DNA from: Eubacteriales bacterium | GTDB taxonomy: Bacteria; Bacillota; Clostridia; Oscillospirales; CAG-272 | Length of the DNA stretch: 64,000 bases | Assembly: GCA_045587385.1 (NCBI GenBank) | Contig: JAZNCE010000007.1 | Span: 1,090 to 65,089, forward strand | Reading direction: 5' to 3' | Part shown: positions 8,158-17,433 of the stretch, piece by piece | How positions within the stretch are numbered: position 1 is the stretch's first letter | Layout of the letters: each line of letters starts with the position of its first letter | Position numbers and translations under genes: made by a program | The notes under the pieces: model-generated | Databases searched by the model: none | The model's input: only the letters and a program-made list of their open reading frames with translations | What the model was told of the DNA's origin: nothing

Positions 8158-9354
8158 TTATTCCGGCACGTACCAATCGCCGTCGCTGAAGTACGCTTCC
8201 TCAATCGAACGCGCATCCAGAATCAGATTGCCGTCATCCGGGTCAATGCCGCCGCGGAAGGTGACCACCACAAGGTCGCCGGGTCGGATGCCCGTCAAAT
8301 CCTCGACAAGGCATCTGCTGATGCGCAGATCGTCGGTGGATACACGGAACACCATGCCCTCGCTCGAGTCAACGCACATGATGCTGTCGTCAATATACGC
8401 ATATCCGTCCTCGATTTTGGTCAGCGTGCCTGCCAATCTGTACTCATAGGGCTCCATGGGCTTTTCGACCGAATTAGTCATGGCGTAGTCAATGATCTTA
8501 TTTGCTGCCTCCGTGCCGATCTCGTAGATATACGCGTATTCAAACACGTTGGTCCACAAATAGCCGTCCTTGGTGATATACATCGCCTTTTTGTAAACGC
8601 CCAACGCTTCAGAGGTCATGGTGAAGCTGAGATATTCCTCGCTTCTCTCCCATTCCTTACCCTGTTCGGGCACGTAAAGAGCAGCATCACGGCAGGATGC
8701 AAGCACCTCGATGATATACGCATCGTCAGTCAGCGCGTAATACCTCTCATCTCTTCCTTGATGCTCGGTAAAGCGATCAAGCTCCAGCACCTTTGCAAGA
8801 TTATACTGATCAAACAGCTCGCCCAGCGTTGCGGGGATATCATCATAACCGTCCTGACAGCGGTACGCATAATATACCCCCTCAATACCAAGCGCGATCA
8901 CGTGCTTTTCGGGCGCGCCCTTGACCCCGCGCACCTCAAAGCCCAGATAATTGCCGATTTTGTCACCCAAATTCTGTGGCTGCACCGCCATACCTGAGGT
9001 CACGTAATTACAAAACGACCAAATGATATGTGAGTGCTTTTCCATCGCAGTCTGATATTCTGCAGGCCAGCTCATCATGCCGCTCTCGGTTCTGACTGTA
9101 TCCATGCTTTTATAATGCCGCTCCAAGTCACCAAACGATACGGTTTCGCGATCCTTACCGGGCAAAATATCCTCTCCGCCCATCATCATGGGCACGACGA
9201 TCATGCCTGCCACAATGATGACGCAAAGGCAAGCGGCTGTCAGTATGCTCCACTTGATCCACGGCTGCTTTGCCCTTCTTCTTTCCTTGGCAGACGCGCT
9301 CACGAGATCGGCATCGATCTCGCCCATTGCTTCTGCAATCCTGGGTATCTTCAT
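8158..9354 (-). CDS. putative membrane-anchored anti-sigma factor
   Basis: Its start overlaps the sigma-factor stop by 4 nt (ATGA). It has a cytoplasmic N-terminus of about 40 aa, one TM segment (WSILTAACLCVIIVAGMIVVPMM), then an extracytoplasmic domain of about 330 aa. Confidence 0.65.
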   Translation of the reverse strand: MKIPRIAEAMGEIDADLVSASAKERRRAKQPWIKWSILTAACLCVIIVAGMIVVPMMMGGEDILPGKDRETVSFGDLERHYKSMDTVRTESGMMSWPAEYQTAMEKHSHIIWSFCNYVTSGMAVQPQNLGDKIGNYLGFEVRGVKGAPEKHVIALGIEGVYYAYRCQDGYDDIPATLGELFDQYNLAKVLELDRFTEHQGRDERYYALTDDAYIIEVLASCRDAALYVPEQGKEWERSEEYLSFTMTSEALGVYKKAMYITKDGYLWTNVFEYAYIYEIGTEAANKIIDYAMTNSVEKPMEPYEYRLAGTLTKIEDGYAYIDDSIMCVDSSEGMVFRVSTDDLRISRCLVEDLTGIRPGDLVVVTFRGGIDPDDGNLILDARSIEEAYFSDGDWYVPE

Positions 9355-9908
9355 ACTTCAATTCCCTCCTTAGTCAAATGCTCCTTGAGCTTTTCTCGGG
9401 TGTGATACAGCATGCTCTTGACCTTGCTTTGGCTAAAGCCGTAGCGTTTTGCAATGTCCGCGACCGAGTCAAAGAAATAATACTTGCGCACAAACACACC
9501 GCGCACGTCGTCGCTCTGCAGGCGCAAAAACGCGCTGATTGCGGCAGACACCTCGCCCTCGCGTCCGTCCACCGCCTCGTCGGGCAGTATTTCCTCCAGC
9601 TCGGAAAGCGATACCGTCATCTCTCTGCTGCACTTTTGCCGTGTTACGGCACGCAGGCGTTTGAGAGAGACGTTACGCACCACGCGGCACACAAATGCGC
9701 AAAGATCATCGGGGCGTGCGGGCGGAATGGCATTCCAAACGCCCACGTACGCATCGTTGACGCATTCCTCGGCATCCTGCGCATTGCCCACAATATTGCG
9801 TGCAATACGCAAGCACAGCTTGCCGTATTTGTCCGACGTTTCCCGGATTGCGCGCTCGTCCCGCGCAAAGTACAGCTCTATGACGCTGCGGTCATCCATA
9901 TCGCGCAT
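9351..9908 (-). CDS. sigma-70 family (ECF-like) RNA polymerase sigma factor
   Basis: Region 2 (AEECVNDAYVGVW) and a region 4 HTH (IAKRYGFSQSKVKSMLYHTREKL). Start at 9908, 7 nt after GGAGG; the ORF-track start at 9950 is probably too long. Confidence 0.85.
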   Translation of the reverse strand: MRDMDDRSVIELYFARDERAIRETSDKYGKLCLRIARNIVGNAQDAEECVNDAYVGVWNAIPPARPDDLCAFVCRVVRNVSLKRLRAVTRQKCSREMTVSLSELEEILPDEAVDGREGEVSAAISAFLRLQSDDVRGVFVRKYYFFDSVADIAKRYGFSQSKVKSMLYHTREKLKEHLTKEGIEV

Positions 9909-10024
9909 GCTGTCACCTCCTGTAATGTAAAGTCTGAAAGGCGCCCTCACCTATACAGTACCCTTTTTGGGCTGCTTGGTTGCAAAGCAAGAGAATATTT
10001 TTCAAAATACCCGTGATTTAATAA

Positions 10025-10052
10025 GGGGAGCATATGGAATGCTCCCCTACGG
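10025..10052. repeat. REP-like GC-rich hairpin with a CCCTAC tail; probably also the terminator of the MoxR operon
   Basis: GGGGAGCAT-ATGGA-ATGCTCCCC TACGG. Positions 10026-10052 are identical to 60480-60506. Confidence 0.7.
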
Positions 10053-10064
10053 TTCATTTGGCTG

Positions 10065-11504
10065 TTACGACCGCTTGACGTTGATCTTGAGCAGCTCGTC
10101 GACCGTGTCGTTATCAATGACCTCGTTGGCTGCCGCGCCTGCGTAGCGGGCGGTCTGATAGACCTCGAACAGCCTCTTTTCGTCGTCCTCAACCGCGATC
10201 TCGCGTCCGATCTCGTCGGGCGTTTGCGAATACTTGATGCGATATCCCTGCTTGATGCGGCGGATCATATAATCCACGAAAATGAAGCGCACGCGCGCGG
10301 CGTTATCGGGCAGCTCGTGCCACTTTGCCTCGTTGCGCAGCTTTTTGTTTTTCTTTGCCTTGGCAGGCTTTTCCACGTAAACAAAGCTCTTTTCATCCTT
10401 GCCCTTGAGTCTTTGCTTGCCGATAGAAATGCCCACAAACCCCAGCACGCGGTCCAATGCCTTGACCACCGGCTTTGCTACGCGCTTGCCGATCTCCAGC
10501 GCCTTGAGTGCCATTTTGCGCTTGAGAGAGGGGCTGAGCATGCGGAAGAATTGCACGATGGCAAACACCGCACCCACAATGACCATCACCACGCAAAGTC
10601 CGCGGATCTTATCCCCGTGCAGCACCAAAAAATCGTTTTTGGGGTCAATGCGGCTTGCCGCAAAGAAGGCAGAGCCCCAAAGTCCCGTGCCGCACGCGAC
10701 CAAGCCCACAAGGCCTGCGATCAGTCGCTTTTTGTTGATAGTGCGCCAGATCTCGGCATAGTCCACACCGCTGACGCTGTCCTCGGCGCGTGCGCGCTTT
10801 TTGCGTACGATCTCGGTTTGCGGGGCGTCCTTTTGATTGGGGGCGTCCTCCGTTTTTTTAGAGGTTTTGGGTTTTTTCGGTGCGCTTGATCTGTATTTGG
10901 ACGCAGCCTTGCGGCACTTTTGAGAGAGCTGCGCGCTGTCGGAATATTCCGAGATCTGCTCAAAGATCTCGGCAGCCTCCTCGTATTCGGGTCCCGATTG
11001 CGCCTTCTCCATCAGCTCGACAGCCGCACTGTACGCGCACTCGGTATAATGCTTGCCGTAACGCTCGGCAAGATCGCGGGAATCCTTATAGCCCTTGATC
11101 TTATTCATTTTGAAATACGCCTCGCGCATATCCTGCCAGCGTCCCTCGCACTGCTCGTACAGCGCGATTGCCTCGGCATAGCACAAAGAGGTCGCCTTGG
11201 CTTTGTACGTACGCGCCCACTCACGCGCATCCATGTAATCCGAGATCTGCGACAGTACCGACGCAGCCTCGAAATAATCCTCGCTGGTCAGATCCTCGCG
11301 CGAGGTGAAATCCTCACGGTATTCGCGGTACGCTGCCGCAGACGCGGCACGCACGCATTTGGTATAGTACGCAGACGCATCCTTGAAGTTGCCAAGCTCG
11401 TGAAACTGCTTGCCAAGCTCCAAAAATTCACGCCAGGTGGAGGTAGACGCAAACCGATGCATCAGCTCGGTATAGCGCAGATTCATTTGTGCTTCACTCG
11501 CCAT
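10065..11504 (-). CDS. DUF4129-type membrane protein, third gene of the MoxR operon
   Basis: The C-terminus (RFIFVDYMIRRIKQGYRIKYSQTPDEIGREI...VYQTARYAG) resembles DUF4129. There are central TM segments. The N-terminus carries about four degenerate helical repeats (x-Y-x-D-[AS]...C/Y). Confidence 0.75.
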   Translation of the reverse strand: MASEAQMNLRYTELMHRFASTSTWREFLELGKQFHELGNFKDASAYYTKCVRAASAAAYREYREDFTSREDLTSEDYFEAASVLSQISDYMDAREWARTYKAKATSLCYAEAIALYEQCEGRWQDMREAYFKMNKIKGYKDSRDLAERYGKHYTECAYSAAVELMEKAQSGPEYEEAAEIFEQISEYSDSAQLSQKCRKAASKYRSSAPKKPKTSKKTEDAPNQKDAPQTEIVRKKRARAEDSVSGVDYAEIWRTINKKRLIAGLVGLVACGTGLWGSAFFAASRIDPKNDFLVLHGDKIRGLCVVMVIVGAVFAIVQFFRMLSPSLKRKMALKALEIGKRVAKPVVKALDRVLGFVGISIGKQRLKGKDEKSFVYVEKPAKAKKNKKLRNEAKWHELPDNAARVRFIFVDYMIRRIKQGYRIKYSQTPDEIGREIAVEDDEKRLFEVYQTARYAGAAANEVIDNDTVDELLKINVKRS

Positions 11505-12684
11505 CGTACACTTCCTCCCCCTCTAAAATGATGACCTGCACCGAGTTGCCAAGACGCTCCAAGGCGTCGGTTCTCGCCTGCACGTCGGGGTTTTCGGCAA
11601 ACGCAACGATCACAATCTCGGTGTCGGCAATACCCTCGGTCACGGCATTTTCCAAAAGAGATGCAAACGAGCCGCCCTCACGTGGGGTAATGCACGCCAT
11701 CTCGCGCAGTATTGCCAGCATGTGCGCCTCACCGCTCTCGCAGGGGAAGCGCAAGCTCATCTCACCGTTCTGCGATTTGCAGTTGGCAGCAAAGCCCACG
11801 CGGAAACCACCGTATGCGGCATCGCGCACAAGTGCTGCGCAAAAGGAAAGCCCCTCTTCGCCGCGACGGTTATATTCGTTGCCGTCCATACTCATGCCCA
11901 TGGGCAAATGGAAATCCATATAGATCATCATGCGTCGGCTGGCGCAAAACTCTCTGGAATTGACCTTGAAGGGCGAGGTGGCAGCACCGCCGAACGGCAC
12001 GCGCGCGGACGCCTTGAAGTTGATTTGCGAGATCTGATCGCCAAAGCGGTAATCACGAATCCCCGCAAAGGAAAAGGGATCCTGATACAGCGGGCGGCGG
12101 CTGACGTAGTCACCCTGCAATCGCCCCTGGGCAAAATCCTGCATGTCCAGCGGAATGGCTTTGGGGTACACGAAAATCTCGGCAGGGGCATCCTGCGCAA
12201 GCGGTCCCGACTTGGAATAGATGGACGCCACGTGCAGATTGTAATGCCCTCTTTTTTTGCAAATAACCTTGTGTCTGCGGCGGATCTGCATATACGGCCA
12301 CAGATTGAAGCGGCTGATCAGATACTGCATGGAATTTTTGTCATCGGGATCTCTCTCGTATTCCTCCAGCTCCAGCTCGTTATAGAAATACGACTCAATA
12401 TCCACCCACAAAAGCGGAAAAGAGCTGGTATTGCGCACGGTCTCGATCAGCTCGACCTCGTCGCCCTCATACACGCCCACCTCGGAGAATTCACGCGAAT
12501 ACTCGATATTGCCAAGGCGTTTGTTGCGCAGAGCGATATATATGCGGTACAGAATCAGCGCGAGCAGCCCAAGCACGGCAAGCGTGACCAGCACGTAAAA
12601 CCACGGAGATCTCGTAAACTCCGCGATCTTGTCCGCCATGTTGGTAATATACTCGGCAATTCCCTTTAATGCTTCAGGCGACAT
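11494..12684 (-). CDS. DUF58 domain protein (vWA-like), MoxR partner
   Basis: IRDYRFGDQISQINFKASAR matches the DUF58 signature. It has an N-terminal TM segment. It is coupled by overlap to both neighbours. Confidence 0.85.
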   Translation of the reverse strand: MSPEALKGIAEYITNMADKIAEFTRSPWFYVLVTLAVLGLLALILYRIYIALRNKRLGNIEYSREFSEVGVYEGDEVELIETVRNTSSFPLLWVDIESYFYNELELEEYERDPDDKNSMQYLISRFNLWPYMQIRRRHKVICKKRGHYNLHVASIYSKSGPLAQDAPAEIFVYPKAIPLDMQDFAQGRLQGDYVSRRPLYQDPFSFAGIRDYRFGDQISQINFKASARVPFGGAATSPFKVNSREFCASRRMMIYMDFHLPMGMSMDGNEYNRRGEEGLSFCAALVRDAAYGGFRVGFAANCKSQNGEMSLRFPCESGEAHMLAILREMACITPREGGSFASLLENAVTEGIADTEIVIVAFAENPDVQARTDALERLGNSVQVIILEGEEVYDGE

Positions 12685-13667
12685 TATCTTTCCTCAAAAA
12701 TTGCCTCGGTGGGTACGGTGACCGTGCCGAGAATGTCCTCTACGACGTTGTAAGCCGCATTCTTATGAATACGCGCGGAGTTTTCCAACATGATTCTGTG
12801 GTCAAGCACGGGGTGCGCCGCACGCTTGACGTCGTCCGGAAGCACGTAATTTCTGCCTGCGATGGCAGCATAGCCCTTTGCCGCACGCATCAGGGACAGC
12901 GCGCCGCGAGGGCTGACGCCAAGGATGACCTTGGGGTACTTTCTGGTTCTTTCCACGATATTGGTAATGTAGCTCATCAGCTCACGGCACACGTAAACCT
13001 TGGGCAATTCCTCAATGGCGCGGCAAAGCTCCTGCTGCGTGACCACGGGCGAAAGCGTTTCCAAGGGACTTGCCTTATCAAAGCGCGCAAGGATATCCAC
13101 GCCCTCCATGTGGTTGGGGTAATCCATGCTGCCCTTCATCAAAAATCTGTCCAGCTGTGCCTCGGGCAGCGGGAAGGTACCCATGTTTTCCACGGGGTTC
13201 TGGGTTGCAATGACCATAAAGGGCGCAGCCAGACGGTAGGTCTTGCCGTCAATGGTGGTCTGACCCTCCTCCATACACTCCAAAAGACCCGACTGCGTCT
13301 TGGGAGTAGCACGGTTGATCTCGTCCGCCAGCACGATGTTGGCAAAGATGGGACCGGGCACGAACTCAAACTCGGACTTCTTCATGTTAAAGAAGTTAAT
13401 ACCCGTGATATCCGAGGGCAAAAGGTCGGGAGTGAACTGGATACGCTTGAAATCGCAGCCCACGCTTGCAGCCAGCGACTTGATCAGCATGGTCTTACCC
13501 GTGCCGGGTACGTCCTCCAGCAGCACGTGACCGCCGCAAAGCATGGAAACCAGCAGCATATCGATGGTGTCCTCCTTACCGACGATGACCTTGCCGATAT
13601 TCTCTTTAATTTTGGTGTAAACCTGTGTAATATTCTGGGAAACCGAAACAGACATAATGCCCTCCAA
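12684..13667 (-). CDS. MoxR-family AAA+ ATPase
   Basis: Walker A (EDVPGTGKTML), Walker B (VLADEINRATPKTQSGLLECMEE) and LSPRGALSL near the C-terminus. Confidence 0.92.
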   Translation of the reverse strand: MEGIMSVSVSQNITQVYTKIKENIGKVIVGKEDTIDMLLVSMLCGGHVLLEDVPGTGKTMLIKSLAASVGCDFKRIQFTPDLLPSDITGINFFNMKKSEFEFVPGPIFANIVLADEINRATPKTQSGLLECMEEGQTTIDGKTYRLAAPFMVIATQNPVENMGTFPLPEAQLDRFLMKGSMDYPNHMEGVDILARFDKASPLETLSPVVTQQELCRAIEELPKVYVCRELMSYITNIVERTRKYPKVILGVSPRGALSLMRAAKGYAAIAGRNYVLPDDVKRAAHPVLDHRIMLENSARIHKNAAYNVVEDILGTVTVPTEAIFEER

Positions 13668-13758
13668 AAAATACTTAATCGTATTATTTTACCATATTTT
13701 TATTAGAATGTCAAGAAAGTATTGGGGCGTGAACGAAAAACGGTCTCTCCAACCGTCC

Positions 13759-13808
13759 GTTGTAGGGACAGGCGTCCCCGACTGTCAGCCCTCATACCGT
13801 AGGGACAG
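13759..13808. repeat. REP-like GTAGGG-headed elements
   Basis: GTTGTAGGGACAGGCGTCCCCGACTGTC (GACAG/CTGTC arms), then CCGTAGGGACAG. They lie in the intergenic space between the MoxR gene start and the next gene's end. Confidence 0.55.
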
Positions 13809-14822
13809 TTATTTTTGCGTTCTCTCCATCACGGAGATCAAACTCGACATGGAATACAGCTTTGCACTGCCCAAGGAGTCAGGAAGCGTATCGCCGTCAA
13901 TAAGCTTGTGAATATGACTGTTTTCACAAATCTCAACATTCAGAGGTATGGGATTGAGCAAAAAGACAGGAACATTCACTTTATCGGGAGCAAAGCATTC
14001 CTTATAGTTCACCTCCGGCATGAGATGCGCTCCTTCGGGAAGCTTTATCATTTCGGAATGATAAAACGTAAGCAGCGGATCGTTTTCCCGACCCTTCAAC
14101 CGCCAAAAGGTCGAGCGCGAATAAGGAGCAATACCGGGAGACATAAACATATACCCGAAATTCTTATCATAACTGTAGATACCATTGTCTTGAAGATGTA
14201 GCGTACGGTGACGCTTTACCGTAGCCCACATGGCTAAGATATAACGATGATTACCAATATCCACAATCAATTCCGGAGACGTAGTACGAACAAACAACGA
14301 TTTGTAGCCGTTTTCTCTGCAAATTAACGTACCGTTATGCTTTTTGACAAAGGCTTTCAGACGGTGCAAAGCCGATGCACGCTTACTGATAGCACGTCCC
14401 CATTTCAAGGCGAGCAACAGTAATACAAATATCGCAGTAAGAGCAATCAACTGCAATCCAAAACCGCTCCAAGCTTGCAGATAATCATTTTCGGTGGTCA
14501 GATACAAATATGCCAATCCACCAATAGCAACCGCTCCCGCCAACCAAGGAAGGATCATAGGAAAATGATGCTTATTGTGTACCGACGCCATCAGGGTTGA
14601 AAGCTTATCGGTACTTCCCAAGGATTCTTCCAGCTCTGCATATGCCTTTTCGGGAGGAATTCCCTGCCTCATAATATCTTCGATAGCATCCTCCAAATGT
14701 CCGCGAAATTCGTCAGTTGCTCTCTTGCGACGCTGCTTTGACTTGATCTCGCAACAGACTCTGGCAGCCAGTCGATCCAAGGCACCATCCAAGTCAAAAA
14801 TACCGCTATTCTGTTCGCTCAT
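13809..14822 (-). CDS. membrane protein encoded downstream of PadR (DUF1700-like N-terminus, two TM segments, unknown C-terminal domain)
   Basis: N-terminal helical region (RGHLEDAIEDIMRQGIPPEKAYAELEESLG). I chose the start at 14822 (MSEQN), 1 nt after the PadR stop; 14843 is the alternative. The region is visibly lower in GC than its neighbours. Confidence 0.7.
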   Translation of the reverse strand: MSEQNSGIFDLDGALDRLAARVCCEIKSKQRRKRATDEFRGHLEDAIEDIMRQGIPPEKAYAELEESLGSTDKLSTLMASVHNKHHFPMILPWLAGAVAIGGLAYLYLTTENDYLQAWSGFGLQLIALTAIFVLLLLALKWGRAISKRASALHRLKAFVKKHNGTLICRENGYKSLFVRTTSPELIVDIGNHRYILAMWATVKRHRTLHLQDNGIYSYDKNFGYMFMSPGIAPYSRSTFWRLKGRENDPLLTFYHSEMIKLPEGAHLMPEVNYKECFAPDKVNVPVFLLNPIPLNVEICENSHIHKLIDGDTLPDSLGSAKLYSMSSLISVMERTQK

Positions 14823-14823
14823 G

Positions 14824-15159
14824 TTATACACCTTCTTTGCCAAGCACCATTGTCACAGCATCACTGAAAACTTGCCATTCTTCCATACGGGCAGCCAAGT
14901 GCAATCTTCCCTGTACCGTGATGCGGTAATAGCGGCGCGAACGACCGGTTTCACTCTGCCCGTCGTAAGAAGTCACGTGTCCTTCTTTTTCGAGCATGTG
15001 CAGTATGGGGTACAGCGTTCCTTCGTTGAGCTTGAAAGCGTCATTGGAACGTGCTGCAATTTCGCGGATAATGCGATAGCCGTACATATCTTCATCTGCA
15101 ATGACGCGCAGCACCATAAGAGCCGTGCTTCCTTTGAGCAATTCTTTACTGATTTTCAT
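14824..15159 (-). CDS. PadR family transcriptional regulator
   Basis: Winged-helix signature (MYGYRIIREI...NEGTLYPILHMLEKEGHVTSY...RRYYRIT). Start at 15159, 9 nt after GGAGG. Confidence 0.9.
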   Translation of the reverse strand: MKISKELLKGSTALMVLRVIADEDMYGYRIIREIAARSNDAFKLNEGTLYPILHMLEKEGHVTSYDGQSETGRSRRYYRITVQGRLHLAARMEEWQVFSDAVTMVLGKEGV

Positions 15160-15365
15160 TTCCATATACCTCCGACTTCTATACATAGATATCCGATGTA
15201 TTCATTATACCTCGGATATCTATGCTTGTCAAGGGGGTGATAAAAAATATTGTGAGTTTTCTGCTAAACCACGGGCAAAGGGGGCTTAGGACACCGACTT
15301 CGCCCCTTCCGCTTAGGTGGATGAGGTGCATCTCTCGGACGCTCTTTCACATCTTACGTAAATGC

Positions 15366-15402
15366 AAATGGGCTGAGTCATTCACTCAGCCCATTTCTTT
15401 TT
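15366..15402. terminator. hairpin terminator downstream of the pyridoxal-family kinase gene
   Basis: AAATGGGCTGAGT-CATTC-ACTCAGCCCATTT. The T-run is better on the plus strand than on the minus strand. Confidence 0.5.
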
Positions 15403-15411
15403 GTGTTTTCA

Positions 15412-16242
15412 TTATTTCAAAAGCGCGGGGATCATAGGCACAGCCTGCTCAAAGTTGACGCCGTACCAGTTATGGTTCTCCTCTGCCTCGGTCAGGCGGA
15501 TGCTCTCGTAGGTGAAATCAGCCGCAACGGCGATCGCCTCGTGCAAGCTCTTGCCGCGCATGAGTGCGCCTACGCAGGCGGATGCGAACACGTCACCCGT
15601 GCCGTGATAGGATACGGGAATGCGGTCGTGATAGTAAGAGAAGAACGCGCCCGTGGTGCTGTCATAGCCCATAGCACCCGTCTCGTTCTCACGCAGGCTG
15701 ACGCCCGTCAGCACCGCTCTCTTTGCGCCCATGTCGCAAAGACGGCGCAAAACGTCCTTGACGTACTCCTCGGAGTAGCCCTCCGCTACGTACGGAATAT
15801 CCAGCATAAAGGACGCCTCGGTCATATTGGGCACGATGATATCGGCAACGGCGCAAAGCTCAGCCATCTTGTGCGCAAAGACTTGGTCAAAGCCGTAATA
15901 CAGCTTGCCGTTATCACCCATAGCAGGGTCAACGAACAAAAGCGCACCCGAAAAATCCTTCGCCATTTGCTTGACCAGATCGATCTGATCAAAGGACGCA
16001 AGGTAGCCTGTATAAATGGCATCAAAATCAATGCCCTCGCTCTTCCAATGCGCGGTAATGGGCGTGATCTCGCCCGACAGATCATGTACGGTAAAGCCCT
16101 TTTTGAAGGCGGTGTGCGTGCTGAGCACGGCGGTGGGCAGAATGGCGGCCTCCACGCCAAACGCGGAAATGATGGGAAGTGCCACGGTCAAGGAGCACTT
16201 GCCTACGCAGGAAATATCCTGCACGGTTACGATTCTTTTCAT
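15412..16242 (-). CDS. pdxK: pyridoxamine/pyridoxal kinase (ribokinase superfamily)
   Basis: N-terminus MKRIVTVQDISCVGKCSLTVALPIISAFG and a C-terminal GTGDVFASA motif. Confidence 0.8.
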   Translation of the reverse strand: MKRIVTVQDISCVGKCSLTVALPIISAFGVEAAILPTAVLSTHTAFKKGFTVHDLSGEITPITAHWKSEGIDFDAIYTGYLASFDQIDLVKQMAKDFSGALLFVDPAMGDNGKLYYGFDQVFAHKMAELCAVADIIVPNMTEASFMLDIPYVAEGYSEEYVKDVLRRLCDMGAKRAVLTGVSLRENETGAMGYDSTTGAFFSYYHDRIPVSYHGTGDVFASACVGALMRGKSLHEAIAVAADFTYESIRLTEAEENHNWYGVNFEQAVPMIPALLK

Positions 16243-16265
16243 GTTTTTATCCTTTCAACTCAACT

Positions 16266-17165
16266 TCAGTCATAAAGCCCCGTTGACAAATATCTTTCCC
16301 CGCCGTCGGGCAGGATGACGGCGATGATCTTGCCGCGCATGTTCGCACGGCTTGCAACCTCGTCGGCTGCGGCAATGGCTGCGCCGGAGGAAATGCCGCC
16401 AAGCAGCCCCTCGGTCTTGCCAAGCATGCGGCAAAACGCCTTTGCCTGCTCGGTGCTCACGGTGACGACCTCGTCGATCACGCTGCGATCCAGCACTTCG
16501 GGCACAAAGTTCGCACCGATGCCCTGAATACCGTGCGCTCCGCTATACCCTTTGGACAGCAAAGGGGATTCCTGCGGCTCAACCGCGATGACGCGCAGAT
16601 CCGGCAGCTTTTCCTTGAGGTACTTGCCCGTGCCGCTGATGGTTCCGCCCGTCCCCACGCATGCGATCAGACAATCCACCGCGCCATTCGCTTGCGCCCA
16701 AATTTCGGGCCCCGTGGTGGCGTAATGTGCCTGCGCGTTTGCAGGGTTCTCAAATTGTCCCAATATCATAGCACCGGGGGTGTTTGCCGCCAGATGCTCT
16801 GCCTTTGCAATCGCGCCCTTCATGCCCTCGGCAGCGGGGGTCAGCACGACCTTTGCGCCTCTTGCGCGCATGAGTGCGATCCTCTCGGCAGACATATTAT
16901 CGGGCATGACGATCACGGCACGCAAGCCGCGCGCAGACGCCTGCGCCGCCAGAGCAATGCCCGTGTTTCCCGAGGTGGGCTCGATCACCGTGCCGCCTGC
17001 CTGCAGTTTGCCCCGGGCAAACGCATCGTCCAGCATATACTGCACCGCTCTGTCCTTAGCAGAGCCCGCAGGATTGCACCACTCGCATTTGGCAAGCACG
17101 CGTGCCTGCCAGCCGTGCTCACGCTGCATGCGATCCAGCGCGGCCAAAGGCGTAGTTGCGATCAT
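16266..17165 (-). CDS. cysK: cysteine synthase (O-acetylserine sulfhydrylase), PLP-dependent
   Basis: PLP-lysine motif NPAGSAKDR, plus TSGNTGIALA and GTGGTISG. Start at 17165 after GGAGGGGAG; the ORF-track start at 17264 is rejected. Confidence 0.88.
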   Translation of the reverse strand: MIATTPLAALDRMQREHGWQARVLAKCEWCNPAGSAKDRAVQYMLDDAFARGKLQAGGTVIEPTSGNTGIALAAQASARGLRAVIVMPDNMSAERIALMRARGAKVVLTPAAEGMKGAIAKAEHLAANTPGAMILGQFENPANAQAHYATTGPEIWAQANGAVDCLIACVGTGGTISGTGKYLKEKLPDLRVIAVEPQESPLLSKGYSGAHGIQGIGANFVPEVLDRSVIDEVVTVSTEQAKAFCRMLGKTEGLLGGISSGAAIAAADEVASRANMRGKIIAVILPDGGERYLSTGLYD

Positions 17166-17433
17166 AAAGCTCCCCTCCCCGAAAAATATGAGATATATTA
17201 TAGCACAATTTCCATTTCTTTTCAACACATCCTGCCAAGGAATTGCGATTTTGTCAAATTGCATACATTATTTCATGCCAAGAAACAATTTTTGATGCAA
17301 AGAACTAAAGGGATTTTGCCAAAAGTCTTGTTTTTTGAGGCATTTTGTGGTATCATTGGTTGAATGAACTTGTAAAGCATTTGGATATATGATACGATAG
17401 ATCAATCTTTCCCTTTTTGAAAGGAGGGAGCAT

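Noticed and set aside
17166-17433. A riboswitch or T-box leader upstream of cysK or of the ABC cluster.
   Set aside because: I found no conserved riboswitch core or T-box sequence. The region looks like an ordinary divergent promoter region.
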